DNA from: an uncultured Selenomonadaceae bacterium
GTDB taxonomy: Bacteria; Bacillota; Negativicutes; Selenomonadales; Selenomonadaceae
DNA length: 36,448 nucleotides
Assembly: GCA_905236325.1 (NCBI GenBank)
Contig: CAJOPJ010000230.1
Span: 1-36,448, forward strand
Reading direction: 5' to 3'
Below, one piece after another: positions 33,197-36,448 of the stretch; positions within the stretch are counted from its first letter, which is position 1, and each line of letters begins with the position of its first letter. The notes beneath the pieces were generated by a model, which was not told where the DNA came from, did no database searches, and worked only from the letters and a program-made list of their open reading frames with translations. The position numbers and the translations under genes are program-made.

Positions 33197-34271
33197 AATT
33201 TAACCGTGCGCGATAATTTTTTAAATTTTGCAAAGTATCACAAAGCGCATCGCCGCTAAATTTTTCAACCACGCAATCAGCCATAACCAAAGCTGCCATT
33301 GATTCGCCGACAACTTCTGCTGCAAAAATTGCACAAGTATCGCTGCGTTCCTTGCTTGCAGTTGAACTTTCAAGCGTTTCAATGTTGATAGTTTTTAGCG
33401 GCGTCATCAAAGTTGGAATCGGCTTCATTGCGGCACGAATGATAATTTCTTCGCCGTTTGACATACCGCCTTCAATTCCGCCGGCGCGATTGGTTTTTCT
33501 GTAAATTTTTTTGTCAGCGTCAAGAAAAATTTCATCGTGAACTTCGGAGCCAAATTTATCAGCATTTGCCCAACCATCGCCAATTTCAACAGCTTTAATT
33601 GCTTGAATTGACATAAACGCCATTGCAAATTTAGCATCAAGCCGCTTGTCGTACTGAATATGACTTCCTAAGCCAACAGGTGCGCCTGAAATTTTTATTT
33701 CAAAAATTCCACCGACTGTATCGCCTTTTGATTTTGCGCTGTCGATTTTATTTTTAATTTCAGTTTCGCCTGTGACACCGCCGACGCTTTTAACTGCCCC
33801 TGAAATTTCAATTCCGCATTCGCGCAGAAAAATTTTACAAAGCGCACCTGCTGCCACACGCATAGCAGTTTCACGCGCACTTGAGCGTTCCAAAATGTCG
33901 CGAATATCCTTGCGTGCAAATTTTAAAACGCCGGGCAAATCGGCGTGACCGGGACGCGCATTTAAAACTTTGTCTCCGAAAGCAGAATCTTCGGCTGACA
34001 TTTTTTTTTGCCAATTTACAAAGTCACGATTTTCCAAAAGCAAAGTTATCGGACTGCCGAGCGTTTCGCCGAATCTTATTCCGCTGCCGAAAATAATTTT
34101 GTCGGATTCAATTTTCATTCTGCCGCCGCGACCATAACCTCCCTGTCTGCGTTTTAATTCAGCGTTCACAAAGTCGCTTGAAACTTTCAAACCTGCAGGT
34201 AAGCCTTCCAAAATACAAGTTAAAAATCTGCCGTGACTTTCGCCGGCACTTAAAAATCTTACACTGTTCAT
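33195..34271 (-). CDS. aroC: Chorismate synthase
   Basis: It reads FLSAGESHG, RRQGGYGRGGRM, RPGHAD and ERSSARETA. ATG 34271 gives the canonical N-terminus, whereas the ORF opens at 34310. Confidence 0.95.
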   Translation of the reverse strand: MNSVRFLSAGESHGRFLTCILEGLPAGLKVSSDFVNAELKRRQGGYGRGGRMKIESDKIIFGSGIRFGETLGSPITLLLENRDFVNWQKKMSAEDSAFGDKVLNARPGHADLPGVLKFARKDIRDILERSSARETAMRVAAGALCKIFLRECGIEISGAVKSVGGVTGETEIKNKIDSAKSKGDTVGGIFEIKISGAPVGLGSHIQYDKRLDAKFAMAFMSIQAIKAVEIGDGWANADKFGSEVHDEIFLDADKKIYRKTNRAGGIEGGMSNGEEIIIRAAMKPIPTLMTPLKTINIETLESSTASKERSDTCAIFAAEVVGESMAALVMADCVVEKFSGDALCDTLQNLKNYRARLN

Positions 34272-34450
34272 AATTCCTCCAAAAAAAATTTCACAAATCT
34301 GCAAGTTCAATCTGGCTTTTTTGCAAAAAAATATTTTTAATTTGTTTGTGGTTATAATTTTTGCAGAATGTTGTTTGAAAAGACTCCTGCAATGTAGGAA
34401 AAATTTTTCAACAAATATTTTTTGTCGATTATAACACAGGTAAAAAAATG

Positions 34451-34479
34451 TTGACAGCAGAAAAAATTTTCCATAGAAT
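34451..34479 (+). promoter_or_regulatory. Putative promoter of the small membrane-protein gene
   Basis: It reads TTGACA, a 17-nt spacer, then TAGAAT. Confidence 0.5.
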
Positions 34480-34513
34480 CACTGCTGAAATTATTTTTTT
34501 CGGAGGGGATTAA

Positions 34514-34753
34514 ATGGAAAGTTTACCGCCGCTTGAAGTTATACTTGGAATGATAATTGTTGCACTTGCCGGAGTAGCATTGGGTGCTGCAATTTGTTTG
34601 CCGATTGTGCATAAAAATTCAGACATACCGCTTGAAAAACTCAGCGGCGATTGGATTTGGAAATATACGCCTGACTTAGTTTTGTCGATTGTCGGCTGTG
34701 TCATTACTATCATTGTAAGTTTTATTTTAATTGGTGGATTTTGGCATACTTGA
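34514..34753 (+). CDS. Small two-TM membrane protein (79 aa), hypothetical
   Basis: It has a good SD (GGAGGGG), its own promoter and two clear hydrophobic helices. Confidence 0.6.
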   Translation: MESLPPLEVILGMIIVALAGVALGAAICLPIVHKNSDIPLEKLSGDWIWKYTPDLVLSIVGCVITIIVSFILIGGFWHT

Positions 34754-34803
34754 TTTTAGGCTTTAAAAATTGCTAACAGCTAATATCTTGAAACTAAATT
34801 TCC

Positions 34804-34832
34804 TTGCAATGCTGAAATTAGTCTGATATAAT
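34804..34832 (+). promoter_or_regulatory. Putative promoter of the ompH/skp genes
   Basis: It reads TTGCAA, a 17-nt spacer, then TATAAT. Confidence 0.55.
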
Positions 34833-34879
34833 ACGCCGCGTTAAAAAAAATTAATTTTGTAAAGGAGCGTTTTTTTACA

Positions 34880-35344
34880 ATGATACAGTTGGAAAAAAAG
34901 CAAGTCAAAGTAATCAGCGTAATTATCGCGCTGGTTTTTATCGGTAGCGTTGTTGCATTAGCACTTACGCAAACAGGTTCAATCGCCTCAGCCGCAAGTT
35001 CAAGCGTAGTTGGCGTTGTAAGTCGCGACCAAATTATGCAAAATCATCCTGACATCACAAACTTCCAAACGCAAATGCAAGCAGCTGTTGAAGAAGTCCA
35101 AAAAGACTTTGAGGAAAAATCTGCCGGAATGAGCGACCAAGAAAAACAGGATTATTACGCACAATGCACGCAAAGACTTCAACAAAAACAGCAGGAGCTT
35201 TTGGAACCAATCGTTCAGTCAATAAATGACGCAATTAAAAAAGTTGCCGACGCGAAGGGGCTTGCAGTTGTAATTGACCAAGCAGCTGTGGTTTATGGCG
35301 GACAAGACATCACGCAGGACGTTATCAGCAAACTTGCAAAATAA
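34880..35344 (+). CDS. OmpH/Skp-family periplasmic chaperone
   Basis: It has a signal/anchor segment, VVGVVSRDQIMQNHPD, a Q/E-rich helical arm and a C-terminal IKKVADAKGLAVVIDQAAVVYGG, which is the typical OmpH layout. Confidence 0.82.
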   Translation: MIQLEKKQVKVISVIIALVFIGSVVALALTQTGSIASAASSSVVGVVSRDQIMQNHPDITNFQTQMQAAVEEVQKDFEEKSAGMSDQEKQDYYAQCTQRLQQKQQELLEPIVQSINDAIKKVADAKGLAVVIDQAAVVYGGQDITQDVISKLAK

Positions 35345-35425
35345 TTTAGGTTATGGCTTTTAGCTTTTAGCTGTCAGAAATTTGCTAGAAGTTAAAAGCT
35401 ATTTTTATTGGAAGGTGGACGGCTT

Positions 35426-36448
35426 TTGCAAAAAAAATACAAATTGACTGCGGCGGCACTGTCAGCAATTTTGATTGCCGGCGGAGCATATTTTTTCAGT
35501 GTGCAAAAAAATCAATCGCCTTCCACAGTTGAAACACAACAATCTGCAAATCAAGAACCGCAAGGCTTCGGAATAATCGACTTAGCCAGAATAAAAACTA
35601 AACACCCCGACGGCGAAAAATTGCAAAATTTAATTGCGCGTGAAAAAAGATTACGTCTTGAACTTGACGCAGTAATGCAGCCTTATCAACCGCCGCAAAC
35701 TGAACCGGAAGTAGATACGCAGTCGATTGAACGCTCGGCGCGTGAAAGAAATATGCAAGAAATTATGGCAAAAATGGCAGAATTGCGTGCCAAAAAAAAG
35801 CAGTTGGCTGAACAAATTACTGCCGAATCACGCGAAGAATATTTGCGTCGCCGCGATGAAGTCAGAAGTTACTACCTAAACGCCGCACTGAATATTACGC
35901 TGAAACTTCAAAACGCTGATAATTTGCGACTTAAAGTTGATGAAATTGAACAACTGCAAGCCGAACTTGAGCAAATTACGCTTGAACGCAATGAAAAGCA
36001 GCGCGAAATGTTGGAACAGTGGACGGCAGAAATAAATCAGCGCGTTGAAGATGCAACTGCTGAAGAATTTGCACAAGCACGCGCAGAAATTGAAAAATTA
36101 CGCACTGAATCAACAACTGAAGCCGAAGAAAAAATTCAAGCCGTGCAAGAACGTAATCGCTCTTTGACAGAACAAGCAATACAAGAAATAAATTCAAGAC
36201 AGACCAAAAGGCGTGAACTTGCTGGAGAACTTCAGGAAGTGGTATCGGAACGCGAAAAGCTTGAAAATCAAATTTTGGATTCAATAATAAATGAAGCCGG
36301 CAAGTTGGCTGCAATTTACAAGTTGGAAGTTTTGCTGGTGAAAAATTCCGATAGTTGGACTTTCGGCAAAAATAATTTTGGTTATAATTTTGAAAAATTC
36401 AGTTCAGAAAATTTAAATTCCAAAAATGGCGCAATAATTTTTCCGACA
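35426..36448 (+). CDS. Long-armed OmpH/Skp-like coiled-coil protein (5' partial view; open at the window end)
   Basis: This ORF is absent from the supplied track because there is no stop before the window end. I translated it by hand from TTG 35426, which lies 6 nt after GAAGGTGGA. It reads LQKKYKLTAAALSAILIAGGAYFF...GFGIIDLARIKTKHPDGEKL, then about 230 aa of E/Q/R-rich helix, then IINEAGKLAAIYKLEVLLVKNS. It stays open for all 341 codons. Confidence 0.7.
   Translation, partial: MQKKYKLTAAALSAILIAGGAYFFSVQKNQSPSTVETQQSANQEPQGFGIIDLARIKTKHPDGEKLQNLIAREKRLRLELDAVMQPYQPPQTEPEVDTQSIERSARERNMQEIMAKMAELRAKKKQLAEQITAESREEYLRRRDEVRSYYLNAALNITLKLQNADNLRLKVDEIEQLQAELEQITLERNEKQREMLEQWTAEINQRVEDATAEEFAQARAEIEKLRTESTTEAEEKIQAVQERNRSLTEQAIQEINSRQTKRRELAGELQEVVSEREKLENQILDSIINEAGKLAAIYKLEVLLVKNSDSWTFGKNNFGYNFEKFSSENLNSKNGAIIFPT

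Noticed and set aside
34272-34450. I looked for a T-box or riboswitch in the leaders of aroC, folP, pncB and the NlpC/P60 gene.
   Set aside because: The leaders are short, about 90-180 nt and shared with divergent promoters. I could not find conserved cores such as the T-box AGGGTGGTACCGCG-like sequence, or THF or cyclic-di-AMP motifs.
164-36314. Many 60-160-aa ORFs in the track lie antisense to, or out of frame within, well-supported genes. Examples are 164-514(-), 1953-2333(-), 3616-3942(+), 11117-11590(-), 12956-13351(+), 25172-25585(-), 28902-29315(-), 31575-31979(-) and 35976-36314(-).
   Set aside because: Each is fully embedded in a gene with clear family motifs on the other strand or frame. 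Their translations are Cys/Arg/Phe-rich and low in complexity, with no SD and atypical codon usage. Such shadow ORFs are expected in AT-rich DNA.
1-36448. I looked for CRISPR arrays, IS elements or transposases, toxin-antitoxin pairs, restriction-modification genes and known defence genes.
   Set aside because: I saw none by reading all ORFs and spacers. There are no regularly spaced direct repeats, and no DDE, serine or tyrosine recombinase motifs.

Overview
This is a 36.4-kb chromosomal segment, AT-rich with many CG-containing codons. I call 41 protein-coding genes (one runs off the 3' end) and one tRNA-Arg(CCG). I saw no transposase, integrase, CRISPR array, rRNA or prophage remnant. All calls come from reading the ORF translations against remembered family motifs; no searches were run.

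Gene content mixes Firmicute markers with outer-membrane and LPS markers. The Firmicute markers are YlqD-RimM, a PASTA Ser/Thr kinase with a PP2C phosphatase and an FhaA-like protein, a PDZ+DUF512 protein and DUF4446. The outer-membrane markers are the ADP-heptose epimerase HldD and two Skp/OmpH chaperones. I infer a diderm Firmicute (Negativicutes-like) host.

Most of the window is housekeeping: ftsY, rimM, folP, pncB, aroE, aroC, rsmE, dnaX-ybaB, NDH-2, a UbiA-type prenyltransferase and cell-wall hydrolases. The 5' end holds part of a polysaccharide locus (GT2 plus RgpF-like).

The best candidate for an undescribed system is a compact operon at about 24.2-27.8 kb:
- a DUF4446-like membrane protein
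- a degenerate TerD domain fused to a DUF1232/YkvA membrane domain
- a TerA-like protein with two TerD domains
- a canonical TerD
- an orphan HypA metallochaperone, translationally coupled to TerD

No TerC, TerB or TelA partner lies nearby. An orphan ZnuA-like binding protein, coupled to an unknown membrane-anchored protein, sits just upstream.

Secondary oddities:
- a 66-nt near-identical block shared by the two divergent TerD paralogs
- an overlapping NDH-2 / PilO-like / guanine-deaminase-like trio
- a fusion of a FeoB-associated Cys-rich anchor to an HMA domain
- an orphan MacB-type permease where recR normally sits
- a Skp-like protein with very long helical arms
- TTG start codons in about one third of the genes
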